The notes beneath the pieces were generated by a model, which searched no databases, had not been told where the DNA came from, and saw nothing but the letters and a program-made list of their open reading frames with translations. The position numbers and the translations under genes are program-made. A stretch of DNA of 63,047 nucleotides, the filler included, from Dugesia japonica (taxonomy: Eukaryota), in assembly GCA_001938525.1 (NCBI GenBank). It is 6 parts of 6 records of this genome, joined end to end, with 100 filler letters (N's around TTAATTAATTAA, not from the genome) between each part and the next. Parts side by side here need not be neighbours in the genome. Positions count along the whole stretch, not along the records: positions 1 to 10,652 come from MQRL01619617.1; positions 10,753 to 25,337 come from MQRL01624750.1; 4 more parts are not named here. One strand, 5' to 3'. The number at the start of each line of letters is the position of its first letter. Position 1 is the first letter of the stretch. Shown piece after piece: positions 1 to 12,615 of the stretch.

Positions 1-220
1 TAGATTTTCTATTAAAAATTGCAACACTAATGAGATTTTCGTAATGGAAAAATATCATAGCTTATATATTTTTTTAAAGAAAGAATGTTATTAAAATCAT
101 TATGTTATTATTAAAATTATTATTATTATATTATTATTAAATTATTAAATCCATTTAGAAGATTGCAAATTATACAAATATTGCGCAAGTGCGAGTCACA
201 ATGGTGACTGTCATAGTTTT
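1..220. repeat. Inverted repeat arm, reverse complement of 3241-3460
   Basis: 1-220 matches the reverse complement of 3241-3460 with no mismatch seen. Confidence 0.95.
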
Positions 221-2662
221 CTTCAATGTTTTGCCTTTGGCTCTCATGCTGTTCTTTTTTCCGAGCTGACTATAGCATTTTGGCTTAAAAAATACCCATC
301 TTAAATCCGGCTTTTGTGTATATGTAATCTATTTCTTTGGCGAACTACATAAGCGCAGATTGATCCTGTTCTTAAGATTCTCCGCTGATTTTCCATATAA
401 ACTGTTGTTTAACAGTTTTTAATAATTTTTATCCAATTCCATAACACATTTGATCTGAGAATTGTGTTTGTATTTATATAATTCTCACAAATTGAAGCCT
501 GTCTGAATTAAACTCCTCGACGAACCTCTATTACTTTAACTCCTATACCTAAATACATTTGCAGCTATCTCCAGTGCACTACGTAATTGTTCTTGGAGTA
601 GTTCGTTAACATTAATTTCTTCACTTTACAACCTGGANCGCTTCTATGTTCTACTGCAACCGGTAAATCATTCAAATAATCATGAATATTGCTGGAAAAA
701 ATCAGCTAATAAATACACACCCAGCTTTAAATATACCATCATATAGTCCAGCAAATTTGCACAGTTGAATATTTCTCACATCGATAATGCTTTCTCATAC
801 TCTTCCCTACTAATTTCCTCCCATTTTGGTGGCATTTTCTTCCAGAATCTGTAAGCTCGTTGCATAACTGTACGAAAATATTCCCTTTGACTTAGTTATA
901 ATCTGATTCGTAAAGTCATCTGTAGTCAAAGGTGTCGCTTTTAAGGATTTAACAGCAGAGTCGAATGAGGAATATATGAATTGATAACTGTCGGTGAGTT
1001 TAATTGTGGTTTTATTTTGCCGTACAATTAAACAGAAATTTTTTTGATGTTGTTGGGATACAAGATATTGACCAATTTTTAAACTTATTAATACCATACT
1101 TGAGGATATGATGAAGATCATATCCTCGTAAATTATGGAAGACCANNNNNNNNNNNNNNNNNNNNNNNNNNNNNNNNNNNNNNNNNNNNNNNNNNGGTAG
1201 TTGAATATGCAATTGTCTACTTAAATTGCATTGGTTGCATGCTGCTCCTCTATATTTCCCTGTGAAATGATCATGGTCACAAACGGTATCTCTTATTTCC
1301 TTCTTACATAAGTAACAAATTTTTTCAGCTTTGAATTCTTTATCTTGATCTAATGTTATTATAATTTTCTTTTTTCCTTTTGTTTTATAATGTTTTGACT
1401 TATTTTTTCCACAGCCTTTAAAAGCTTATACACAGAATCATCTCCAATAAACTGTCTGCATTTTGTTTTGTTGGTAAATTTATTTACAAACAGCAGACCA
1501 GATAAAACACGTTAATGTTTATGAAAATGCTTCTCATCTGGAGGTAAAACCGACTCCAAAGCAGCATTTATCACAAAACGTGGTGTTATAGTTTTCGAAT
1601 AATCATTAAAAATCAGGTTTTTCTCCTATGGCATCGTATACATTGAAGGACTTGTCTGGATGTTTTACAAATTGGTTCATGCTTTTCATATGCTACTTCA
1701 TTTTTGAATCCATTGAGACAGTTAACACATTATGTTGATTAGTATTTTATTATCCCTGTTCATTAAGCGATTTAGATTCATTACTGCGATTTAATGAAAT
1801 CTGTTGNNNNNNNNNNNNNNNNNNNNNNNNNNNNNNNNNNNNNNNNNNNNNNNNNNNNNNNNNNNNNNNNNNNNNNNNNNNTGTTTCATGATTTTTCATT
1901 CTCCACTGATTCTTGATTCCATGATAGGACATTGTTGAATAGTCCTGAATTATTCTTCTCAAACTTTGATATATCAATCAGTTTCATCGGCAATTCCTCT
2001 TCATCAAAAATAAGCTTTGACATGTATTTTTTATATAATGCTACGCGGTTTTTATTACTTTGTCTAACTTGATCACTTTTGGTGATAGCAAGAATACTGT
2101 TACTAAAACAGTAATTATCATCATTCTTGATGTTTACAATTGCTTCTTTCCTTTTAACCTTTTCTGGTGTTTGAATATAACTTTTTTCAGAAAGTCGACA
2201 AATATTTGCAACCTTAGCGATTTTGAAATTAATTTCAAGTATTCTGTTAAACATCCATTTGGAGCCTAGTTCGCTTTTTATTGTTATTGTCTCGTTTAAT
2301 TGTTTGATACAATCTTCAAAAATGTTATCAGTTAACGCTGCGGCTCTATTTGATATTCTACAGGTTTTAAACTCAAATTCTTCTGCATCTGCAGTTGTTA
2401 TTAATCTTTTAAACTCAACATGTACCTTAAATTGTATTTTAACTTGCTTCATTTCTTCTATTGTCTGAAATAATTTTGGAACTTTTGCTTCTGGTAACAT
2501 TATTTCATGACAATTCCATTTTGAAACATTTATTTTAAGTATCCTGTGACAACGATACAAATTCGATTCTATACTAACTCCATCATCCACAGTATTAATT
2601 GTTGATCCACCAACTTGATTATTATTTTCTGTTTCTTCTGCATCCAATAATTGTTGTAACAT
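221..2662 (-). pseudogene. Polinton/Maverick protein-primed DNA polymerase B (frameshifted, 3'-truncated)
   Basis: Fragments across frames: AIVNIKNDDNYCF, DHDHFTGKYRGAACNQCNL (endonuclease VII-like Zn motif), VFHNLRGYDLHHIL (exonuclease II), KGIFSYSY. It breaks at 221 before polymerase motif B. Confidence 0.9.
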
Positions 2663-2797
2663 GATATCTTCTTAAGTATTCATTATCGAACCACCAACTT
2701 GATTGTTTTCTGCTTCTTCTGCGTCCATGCACTCAGGAAATACAATATCTTCTTCATCGAGTTCATCAAGTTTTTCAAAACTGTTCCAATCATCTGA

Positions 2798-3133
2798 TTA
2801 AGTATTTATTGCTTCTTGTACAATATTTGCTGTTTTTTCTTCTGGTTTCAAATTATTGATTTCTGCAGCATATTCAATTACCTCAACAAGTTCATCCTTG
2901 ATTATTATTTCTTTAACGTCATCCTCAATAACAATTACTTCAACAGATTTATCCTTGATTATTTTTTCTTTAACACCATCTTCAATAACAATTATTTTAA
3001 CTGGTTCATTTTTAACTGTTATTTTTTCCATCTTAGTTCTCTTATTTAATGTTGCTTCATAAAATCTTTTATCCATCTGGCTATCTAATATGGATTTTAA
3101 TATAATATTTTTACGTTTACTAAAACAAATCAA
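2798..3133 (-). CDS. Polinton hypothetical ORF with internal peptide repeats (possibly the N-terminal part of pPolB)
   Basis: Repeated V-x-x-IVIED-x-VKE-x-IIKD units directly upstream of pPolB on the same strand. Confidence 0.4.
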   Translation of the reverse strand: MICFSKRKNIILKSILDSQMDKRFYEATLNKRTKMEKITVKNEPVKIIVIEDGVKEKIIKDKSVEVIVIEDDVKEIIIKDELVEVIEYAAEINNLKPEEKTANIVQEAINT

Positions 3134-3240
3134 GTGTTTATTATGTGTCCTATAAAAACTTAAGTAGTCCCCTAAAACTAATACCTAAGACACACAAAAT
3201 AATTGTTTCCATAAAACCGTTGGCCATAGCAACCTTCCAT

Positions 3241-3610
3241 AAAACTATGACAGTCACCATTGTGACTCGCACTTGCGCAATATTTGTATAATTTGCAATC
3301 TTCTAAATGGATTTAATAATTTAATAATAATATAATAATAATAATTTTAATAATAACATAATGATTTTAATAACATTCTTTCTTTAAAAAAATATATAAG
3401 CTATGATATTTTTCCATTACGAAAATCTCATTAGTGTTGCAATTTTTAATAGAAAATCTAATTAAAGTTGAAATTTTAAATAGAAAAGTCTTATTAATGT
3501 TGCAATTTTTAATAAAGAATCTCATTGACGATGCAATTTTTAATAAAACAAAATCTAATTAACTTTGCAATTTTCCAAAATAAAACTAATTGGTGATGCA
3601 ATGTTCTCAG
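3241..3610. repeat. Inverted repeat arm (3241-3460) overlapping a ~30-bp tandem repeat (3420-3610)
   Basis: Mirror of 1-220, plus about 6 degenerate units of gaaaatctcattagtgttgcaatttttaata. Confidence 0.85.
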
Positions 3611-4474
3611 AAAAATGATAAAAACATAGAACTTTTAAATTTCAAAACAAAGAGCATTTCTTCTTCATAAAAACATAGAGAATTTCTTCATAATATCATA
3701 GCATTGAACATAGCATAGAACATGGTTTTGAAACATAGCCTATTTGTTCTTCATAATAAATTAGCATAATATTTTTTTAATTAAAATTTTACTTATCAAA
3801 AAAAATTATTAATAAAATTTAAGTCATAAAAGAAATTATTTAAAAACATAATAAAATCAAAAAAACTAACGTGAATCTTCATTCACGATCATTCGAGATC
3901 CTTCACCTCTATGTCTCATTTCGTAAAATTCTAAATAACATAATTAAATTATTAATAATAATAAATAATAACAATCTTACAGCATTCATAGTTGAAATAN
4001 ATCTTCTTCCATTTTGTTTATATGAATTCATGATAATTCTTAAAAAAACATAAAAGTCAATAATATTAATAATCATAATAATAAATTACTTTAAGCTCTC
4101 TTGAATTTTTCACTTGTTTTCTAAAAATAATTTGAAAGTGTGATGAATAATAATAACTTTTACCAAGGTTTTTAGATCTAACCAATCAAATCTAACCAAT
4201 CAAATTCAAGTATGTGTGTATTTTAAAATGTCAAATTAATTTAAAATATTGCAGACATATTACATTGCAGTATTTAAAATCAATTTTAAAAAAATACAGA
4301 CATATTACGTTTAGATATTTTAAATTAATTTTATAAAATACAGATATTTTACGTTGCTGTATTTTAAATTAATTTTATTATTTTGATAATAAAACGTGTC
4401 AAAATAATAATAAAAACATGTATTAATTGCATATTTCTTACAAAAGTTTTATAAATAAATGTTGTTATTTTATT

Positions 4475-4830
4475 TTTTTATTCTTATGTTGTTTTTTCAA
4501 CCATAATAAACAGTGTTGACCACATATAGTTGTAAATGAATCTTGATATCAAATTTTATTGTAGACTATTGTAGAGCTATTGTCTTTGATATTTTGGATA
4601 AGTGTGTTACCAACATTGATGGATAATAAAATGCATATGGATCGAATACCATTATTTTAGGTTTATTGTAAACAGCTATTTAATGTTCTTCACCTAGATT
4701 TGATATATGAGTTTTGACAATTAAGGCATTGTTTACTGGAATATATTTTGGAAGCTTATTTAACGCATAAACACCTAACCATGCTTATCTTATCCCCCGT
4801 GATGTAATCCGATCAATCTGAATAGTACTA
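4475..4830 (-). pseudogene. Polinton adenain-like cysteine protease
   Basis: Manual translation: WLGVYALNKLP...GEEH*IAV...VFDPY...YQDSFTTICGQHCLLWL, giving the H-D-Q-C catalytic order. It lies directly downstream of the major capsid gene. Confidence 0.85.
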
Positions 4831-4896
4831 TAAAATAAAAATCATTATTATAATAACATTTACTTCATAACATGTACCAATTACACAACATATTGC

Positions 4897-6093
4897 TTAC
4901 ACTAATACTGTTCCGTTTTCTTTAATCTGAATTTCCTTTTCAAATACTCCATAAATTATAACATATGCCGATGTTGTTAAAGCTACGGAAAACTCGATTT
5001 CCAAACTCAAATTTCCTTGTTGGGGTAATTGACTCTGATTTATATGAAAATCTGGAGCAAGAACAAATGTAATGATAAAAGAAGTATCTTTAAAATCTTG
5101 AAGTGCTATTCCTTAATTCATATTCTTATCCAAATATCCCATATTATATACTATAGATTGCATATATGCTGTAGCATAATTATCGTTTGTAAAATCTCGA
5201 GTATATATTTCTCGATATACACTGTTTTTTGTCAAGGGAATGGAAACATCATCTAGATTTTTAAATTTTGAACTCGAGCTTTTATAACTACCATTATATT
5301 GTTCACCACTTTGAAATATAACCAGAATAACGCTAGGTAATCGACGATCANCAAAGATTTGTTCCTTATAAAACGATGAACTATCTTTACTAATTACAAA
5401 TGCAATGACTTCATTGGCTCTTATTGAGTAAACAGCATTTTGCTTTTTTAGACCCATTTGATGAGCAATTAGTATTGAGGGTTCAACACTTACACGTCTA
5501 ATTTTGCATCTAGTAATACATATTTAGTTTTATTGGTTGCAGATTCCAAACAAATATTAAGATCTGCGCGTTTCAATCGAATATGAACATTGACACCAGG
5601 AATAGGGTATTTCGGTTGATCCATGAAATCAAGTTGCAATGAATCGCATAGAGATAAAAGTTTTGATATTTTAATAGACTTTTCTATCTGCTTCTGATCC
5701 AAGACATGTATTTTTATTATCACCATTATAATTTATTAAAGTTTCAATTATTGCTTTGTGAAGATAAAATCCATTTCCACCTTCAATTTTGAAATCAATA
5801 AACGAAAGAATTACATCCTTAAAAAGTGTATGCAACATATAATTACAAGGAAACGAATCATTCTTATCAGTCAAATCTTTATCATTCTTATGAACCACCT
5901 TTAATTTAATATAAAATAAAGTATCATTCAAATCCAAATATTCAGTTTGAGATCCATTTATAAAAAACTCTACATCACTTTGTGATTCGGAAATTGAATT
6001 CATAGGAAAAATATCTTTGAATGTACCATTTTCAATTACAGCTTGTGGAGATGGTCGAACAAAATTACATAATTCAGTTTTACCGCAAATCAT
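4897..6093 (-). pseudogene. Polinton major capsid protein (double jelly-roll, PY)
   Basis: N-terminus CGKTELCNF..P.Q..IE.G...VEFFINGSQTEYLDLNDT and C-terminus QGNLSLEIEFSVALTTSAYVIIYGVFE are typical of Polinton MCP. Split over several frameshifted ORFs. Confidence 0.9.
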
Positions 6094-6104
6094 TTTTTAA
6101 ATAT

Positions 6105-6535
6105 TATTCCATGGCCTCTCCTTCGTTTGTTTATACGTGGATCCATGAGATATCTTACGTTTTCTACTATTTTGTGGTGTCGTGACTTCATTTGATATCA
6201 TATTAGTTATTTCAGATGGCATTTTACTCGTTATACTTTGCGGTAATATGTTTGCTACTTTTGGAATCATACTGGTTACTCAGCTAGGTAATGATGACAT
6301 GAAATTTCCAAGCTCAGCTATTACATTAGATTTCAACGTTGGTAGTATTTTTTCTTTCATTAGCTAGTACATCCTGAGCTGTTTTCATACCAAAAGAACC
6401 AATACAATTTAGAATCGGTGAAGAAAATATACCTATTATCGTAACCAACTGGATTCATACTTTTTTCTAAGAAATTAAGGTAATTCTCCATCTGCTTGAA
6501 TACTACTTTATATTGAAAAAATATCAGGATTCATT
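6105..6535 (-). pseudogene. Polinton core/structural protein with Q-x-GG-like motif
   Basis: MNPDIF...QADGELP...TAQDVL with a basic C-terminus, lying between minor and major capsid genes. A homologous 5' piece is at 25280-25337. Confidence 0.55.
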
Positions 6536-6539
6536 ATTT

Positions 6540-7454
6540 AGTTTACTAAAATGTAAAGTTAAATGGGTTTTCAATGTTTTGGAAACTTGATTAATTTTCC
6601 GTTATCATCGCGTATATTAATTTCTATATTGTTTATACATGATGTTGCAATCGGTAAATATATTGGATTATTAACTAATTCATCAGTTTCATGCTTTTCT
6701 TACCATATAGATTTCAACAAAGGTACACTAACATCGCCGACAATTATAGGTTCAATAAAACTACTATAGATGAACATTTGCTGATGTAACTTCATTATTT
6801 TCGATTTGGTAGTAGCTTTGAACTCACCTCCCTTCATATCTGCAGGAGAATATTATTGTTTATCTAATCCCAATGTTCTTGTCAAGACATTATAAAAACT
6901 TTTTTGTCATTATCTTGTAGCTCAAATTCAAAATATTTTTCTGCATTTTTAAGATATTTTTTAAATATTTGAGAACAATTTTCCGTCAAATATTTACTTA
7001 ATTGTTCCAATTCTGATATGTATATATAAACTGAAAAGTATGATAATTCACCATTGTATAAGCCTTTTTAATTTTTACTTTTTGTACTGTCATCACATGT
7101 AAAGATTGTATAGATATGACCGAACATTTTTGTTAATTTGTTAGATTTAAGTCCTAATCCAAATGAGTGGGCGATATTTGTATCTTAAAATATGACAACA
7201 TATGAAAAATCACGATAAAATCTTATAAGATTATTTTCAAATATTTCAAAATTTTTATTTTGATCAATACTAAGTGCTTTTTCCTTGTTATTTATTGTTA
7301 CAGTTATTTCATTCAATATATTTTTTGCAGTCATGTATTCAATTTTTGACTTGCTATATATAGGAAATGATGAATATAGAAAGGTGAAGTCCATCATGGC
7401 GACTTTCCAACTACCATCCATATAAATAGGATTTTGTAGCTCGACAATGAATTT
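6540..7454 (-). pseudogene. Polinton minor capsid (penton-like) protein, 5'-truncated
   Basis: KFIVELQNPIYMDGSWKVAM at the N-terminus and MFIYSSFIEPIIVGDVSVPLLK...PIYLPI...IEINIRDDNGKLIKF at the C-terminus. Confidence 0.85.
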
Positions 7455-7640
7455 AGTAGGTAGATAGTGGCGCATTGAATCACCCACCTTCTGAGACAAA
7501 GAACATGAGTCATCGGCTGATAGAACAAAGACAATGAGTCATACTTTTTTCAAAAATTTTTCGAAGTCCATCTAAACAAAGCAAAAATTTTCTAGATCAT
7601 GAGTCATCGTTTTTCTAGATCAGGATGAGTCATCATTTTT
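7455..7640 (+). repeat. Polinton terminal inverted repeat (left end)
   Basis: Begins AGTAGGTAGATAGTGGCGCA, is an inverted homolog of 10827-11204, and contains TGAGTCA motifs. Confidence 0.8.
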
Positions 7641-9181
7641 ATTTTATCTTTTTTTAAATCTTTTTGTTATTATCTTTTTTTAAAAATTGTTTTTTTAATT
7701 GTTTTTTTTAAAAATTATTTTTTTAAAATTTAAACGGTAAAATAAATTGTTTATATACAAAATTGTTGTAACAGCCTAATAAATCAAATATAACCAATCA
7801 AAAGATTGAAAATGCTTTGTTTAACTTGCATTCATATTGCACTTTGCATGCAATCATAATATTAAACAAAGAACTACCAATGAAAACATGATAGTAAACA
7901 ATAGTAACACAAATACAACCAATAAAATAGAAAAAGAAACATACATACATGACAACCATGAGTATATAAACGTAAACTTTCTATACATTTTCATAATTTT
8001 AATATGCAACCAATAATTACATTGAACAAAGATAATGTGTTGTCCATCACGGTGGATTATGGAAAGCCTACTGAATTTCATGGAACTCAAATGAAATTTT
8101 TCAAAAGACCGATAATATATTCCTTTCAAGTAAAAGTTTTTATTTATTTTATTACTCATAGTTTTTCGTTTAGGAACCTGTAAAGATACAGCGATCAACA
8201 TATAGTTTGCTTATATCAGATATAAGTTCAAACGATAAAAATATTCTAAATTTATTATTCCAAAGAATGNNNNNNNNNNNNNNAATAAAAGATACAGTTT
8301 TCATCAATTATAATGATGAAAAATCGACAGTATTCGACAAGAACGAAAAATATATGATCCAAATGGAAATCCAAGGAATCAAGATAAATGGAGACGATAT
8401 TACAATAATAAACAGAAAAATATCCTCTCCTATTTAGAGAATTCGAGAGTATTATTGAATTTAATAATTAAATAAATGTTGTTAATTATATTTATTTATT
8501 TATTCTTTTTATTTCCTATAAAACAACCTTATTTCATATTAATAACTATAAAAAAACTCTACTAGAAATTAACTAAAAAAAAAACTTAACTTAACTATAA
8601 AAACTAAAATACTTTTAAAATAATAAAAGATTTATGCTAAATGAATAACAACAACATAAATAAACAAAAATAAACAACAATTTTTTATAAATAAAATTTA
8701 TTGACATCAAATATTGTTGATTATCTTCTCAAGGAGAGAATATCTGCATCTGTAACACTCGCAAGCCAAGTGTTGATAGATCTCCTTGTAGAATTTGGTT
8801 AGAACGAATTCCATTTCTTCTTTTGTTAAAACGCGTTTCTTTCGAAAAAGAATCAGCGCAATAATATCTAAATTAATATTTTAAATTATGAATAAAAAAA
8901 AATAATTTAATTTTACTTTTATCATTGATCTTATCTTCTTGACCATCAGACTCTGCCGATTCGATGCAGGTCTTTCGGAAAGATTCGACTTGAATTTGAT
9001 TCATTTTTTNNNNNNNNNNNNNNNNNNNNNNNNNNNNNNNNNNNNNNNNNNNNNNNNNNNNNNNNNNNNNNNNNNNNNNNNNNNNNNNNNNNNNNNNNNN
9101 NNNNNNNNNNNNNNNNNNNNNNNNNNNNNNNNNNNNNNNNNNNNNNNNNNNNNNNNNNNNNNNNNNATTCACGTTGTAAAA

Positions 9182-9625
9182 TTAAACAATTAAATTATAT
9201 AATTCTGAAATTATATTATCTACATATCCTTGATACTCTAAATTCTTTACACCAAGTATCACAATTTTCCCCGATGAAAATACGTTTACACATATACGAT
9301 CATATTTTGTGAGTCGTAATGCAGGAAACAATTCCGGTTCAAACCAACATTGTGTTATTTTTGCCAATTTATACAAATTGATTACTTGTCCCAAATTGAT
9401 TACAAGTGTTAATGATTGCAATCGAATGTCTTCTATATCATACTGCAATTTGTCCCTTTCCAACGGTTTCTTACAACCCATTATTCGACAATTTCCTGAT
9501 TTAAAGAATATTATCGTATATTTCCCGCTTTTGTAAACAAATTGAGAAGGTTTACCGATAGATAACTTCATTTTGCTTGTAACATCTTGTGTTACTTTAC
9601 CTTTGTAATTAATATTAACCAACAT
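9182..9625 (-). CDS. TATA-box-binding-protein-like protein encoded within the Polinton
   Basis: Intact 147-aa ORF with two TBP repeats: IIFFKSGNCRIMG and FEPELFPAL...VNVFSSGKIVILG (compare TBP YEPELFPGL and IFSSGKIVITG). Confidence 0.85.
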   Translation of the reverse strand: MLVNINYKGKVTQDVTSKMKLSIGKPSQFVYKSGKYTIIFFKSGNCRIMGCKKPLERDKLQYDIEDIRLQSLTLVINLGQVINLYKLAKITQCWFEPELFPALRLTKYDRICVNVFSSGKIVILGVKNLEYQGYVDNIISELYNLIV

Positions 9626-9747
9626 TAATAATGATCATTAATATATGAGAGTGTATATATATGTATTTTTCCGAAATAAAATTAATTGAATAATTTAAAC
9701 AAAGACAATAGTATTATAAACAATGCATTAAATTTCATATTTATAAA

Positions 9748-10359
9748 ATGGAATTGAGAAATTATGCTGTTTATCAAATTGTTGGTCCAAGCAGTAGTGG
9801 GAAAACCTTGTTTGTATGCAAGTTACTAAAATCGAACCTATTTAAATCAAAGTTTAACCAAATATATTGGAACAGAGGTGCAAATGAAGAGCATGGGTTA
9901 ACACAATCAGAATTTTGCAACATTAAAATGAAAATTACTAATGGATTTGATAAAAATTCGAGCAAGAGATTAAAATAGGGCGATGTTATTGTAGTAGATG
10001 ATCTGTATCAAGAGGCAAACAAAGAAAAATACTTTAATAATTTAATTACAAAAATAAGCAGACATTGTAATGTGACTGTGATATTCATTACTCAAAATTT
10101 ATTCCATCAAGGAGGTAGTCATAGGACACGTAATTTAAATGTACAATACTTGGTTCTTTTTAAAAATCCAAGAGATCAAACAGTTTTCAATTTTCTAGCA
10201 AGACAGACGTACCCTAATAATAGAAAATTTCTTATTGAATCATTTCAAGATGCAACAATAAATCCACATGGTTATATTTTTCTCGACTTTACACAACAAT
10301 GTCCAGATGAATTGAGGGTGAGAACCGAAGGTGTTACTGTGTATAAACAAACTAAGTAA
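9748..10359 (+). pseudogene. Polinton A32/FtsK-like DNA packaging ATPase
   Basis: Walker A GPSSSGKT, Walker B VIVVDDL, SRH..VTVIFITQNLF and FKNPRD. One in-frame TAG at 9976-9978. Confidence 0.93.
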
Positions 10360-10614
10360 GTATTATATTATAAAATATCGAAATTTAAGAAAATTATAGT
10401 TTATCAGATTAAAAGTATTCCTAAAGTAAAGAAAGATAAACGATCAAAAAAGCGTATTATAAAAAAGAAAAGAATGGAAAGAGGAAACCAAGTAAACAGT
10501 TGAACATTTTTAAGAAACTATCGAAAATGTATGGTAAGAAAATGACAAACGTAAACGGAAAATGGAAAGCATATAAATAAATACAAGTAATTTATATTAT
10601 TATTAAAATATAAA

Positions 10615-10652
10615 ATGAAATTACAACGAAGTATTCCATTTTTTACATCATT
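10615..10652 (+). CDS. Start of a small Polinton core-like protein, cut by the gap
   Basis: MKLQRSIPFFTS resembles MDLEKSLPFLTA at 23645. Confidence 0.55.
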
Positions 10653-10752
10653 NNNNNNNNNNNNNNNNNNNNNNNNNNNNNNNNNNNNNNNNNNNNTTAA
10701 TTAATTAANNNNNNNNNNNNNNNNNNNNNNNNNNNNNNNNNNNNNNNNNNNN
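10653..10752. other. Artificial contig linker N44-TTAATTAATTAA-N44 (also around 25382, 34409, 44738, 53430)
   Basis: The same 12-mer, which has stops in all six frames, sits centred in 100-bp N blocks five times. Confidence 0.97.
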
Positions 10753-11204
10753 AATTTAATATTTATAAAATGGAATTGAGAAATGATGCTGTTTATCAAA
10801 TTGTCGGTCCAAGCGGTAGTGGGAAGTATGACTCATGATCTAGAAAATGTTTTCTTTGTTTGTTTAGACAGAAAAATTTTTGAAAAAAAGTATGAGTCAT
10901 GATCTAGAAAAAAGTATGAGTCATGGTCTTTGTTCTCCCATCGCGATGACTCATCCCTATGACTCATGTTCTTTGTTTTAGCTATCGACGAGTCATCACC
11001 GATGACTCATCTTGATCTAGAAAAACGATGACTCATACCTATGACTCATCGGTATGAATCATTGTCTTTGTTTCAGCCATCGACGAGTCATACTTATGAC
11101 TCATAGTGATCTCGAAAAACGATTACTCATCATCATGACTCATCGCCTTCGTTATAAATGTTCTTTGCCTGGGGGGCGAACCAGTGCGCCACTATCTACC
11201 TACT
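10753..11204 (-). mobile_element. Polinton right end: ATPase 5' fragment (10770-10826) joined to a TIR (10827-11204)
   Basis: Second ATPase start with intact GPSGSGK, then the TGASTCA repeat array, ending GTGCGCCACTATCTACCTACT. Confidence 0.8.
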
Positions 11205-11814
11205 AATAAGGCTTGAATCTTCGTCATTTGGGCTTGTGTTTTCGTCACTGGAGTTTGTATCGTCTTCGCTTGAATTGAAATTGTTTGTCTCCGTATCGCT
11301 GTTGATTATAATAATTTCTGCAATAACATCCGGCAAAATTGGTGATGGTACTACGTCGTCATAGTTGTATGTTTCGGTTTATTCGGTATTCAAATCTTCG
11401 TCATAAACAATATTTTGTTTATGCTGCAGGCTCCAGATTTCTGCTTCGGGAAGGATTATTTAAAATAATAACTTAACTTTTATTGTAAAAACTGTTTAAT
11501 ATAATATTTAACTTCGATTGTAGAAACTATTTAAAATAATGTTTAACTTTGATTACACAAACGAACGACATTATACTTACCGCCAACTATGAAAAAAGAT
11601 ATTTCAAATATTTTTAAACATTTCAAAACTTCATTGATTTATTTATTAAAACAAGCAAATACCCATTCCTACAAAATGAATACGATTTCATAGGCCATCT
11701 GTTATTTGATAGTTTCACAAGAACTTTTTTATTTACCATTATTTATTTTATATTTAAAAGTAGGCCATCTGTTTTTGAAGGAAAATAAATATATGAATTA
11801 TATATTTATTAATG

Positions 11815-11879
11815 GCAATCGACCAAAAGTCATTCCGTGATCAACCGGTAGATCACGATCGACGTTATTGACACCCCTG
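11815..11879 (-). mobile_element. hAT-type non-autonomous element terminus
   Basis: Reverse complement reads CAGGGGTGTCAA...GATCGTGATCTACCGGTTGATC, a typical hAT/Charlie end. Confidence 0.5.
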
Positions 11880-12615
11880 ATATATATATATGTTTTAACA
11901 CGATTTCAAAATAATAATGCACTCCATTTTTACGTAAATTAAAATTTTTTTATTTAAAAACTTTAGTGAGCTAAAATATGTCTACGCTTGTTTTAACAAG
12001 TTACAAGAAATAAGCACTAAATCGTGTGATAGAAAAGATTTACAACACCCTTATACAGAGGATATCTCTGATTTGATTTAATGCTGATATTAATAAATAA
12101 TTGCTTAAAATTAAAATATTACAGAAAAATCTTTCAGGAAAATTATTCTAAACGCGTCTATCGCCTAAAAACAGATTTAAGTTTATATATAATTTATAAA
12201 AAATAAAAAGAGCTCGCCCTACAAAAAATTGGTTACTAGTCTTTATTTTGTATAATTTTTTATGCTTGAACTTGTATCATTTTCTATCACAAATCATAAT
12301 ATTTATATTTTATGAATGACACGCACAGAGAAAACTAAGGCAGACTTTGATTTAAATGCTTTTAAAATGTAATAAAATATTATTTTGATATTGTTACTTT
12401 GCATCGCGCTTTTATAATCATTCAATTTATGAAGAAAAACAATTGCATGAATTAAAATTACAGAAATGAGAATTTCTTTAAATGCTATTTATAAAAATGA
12501 ACTGTAAATTGATTTAATAAAAATTCAAGAAATTAAATTTTCCTTTAATAAATAATACATTTTAAATACTAAACTAAAAATCTACATTTAAACAAATCCT
12601 CTGTTTTATTAATTA

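Noticed and set aside
7455-7499. N-terminus of the ORF 7185-7499 (MSQKVGDSMRHYLP)
   Set aside because: Read-through from an inserted Polinton TIR, not the true penton start.
10697-10708. Recurrent TTAATTAATTAA palindrome within N runs
   Set aside because: Artificial six-frame-stop contig linker, not biology.
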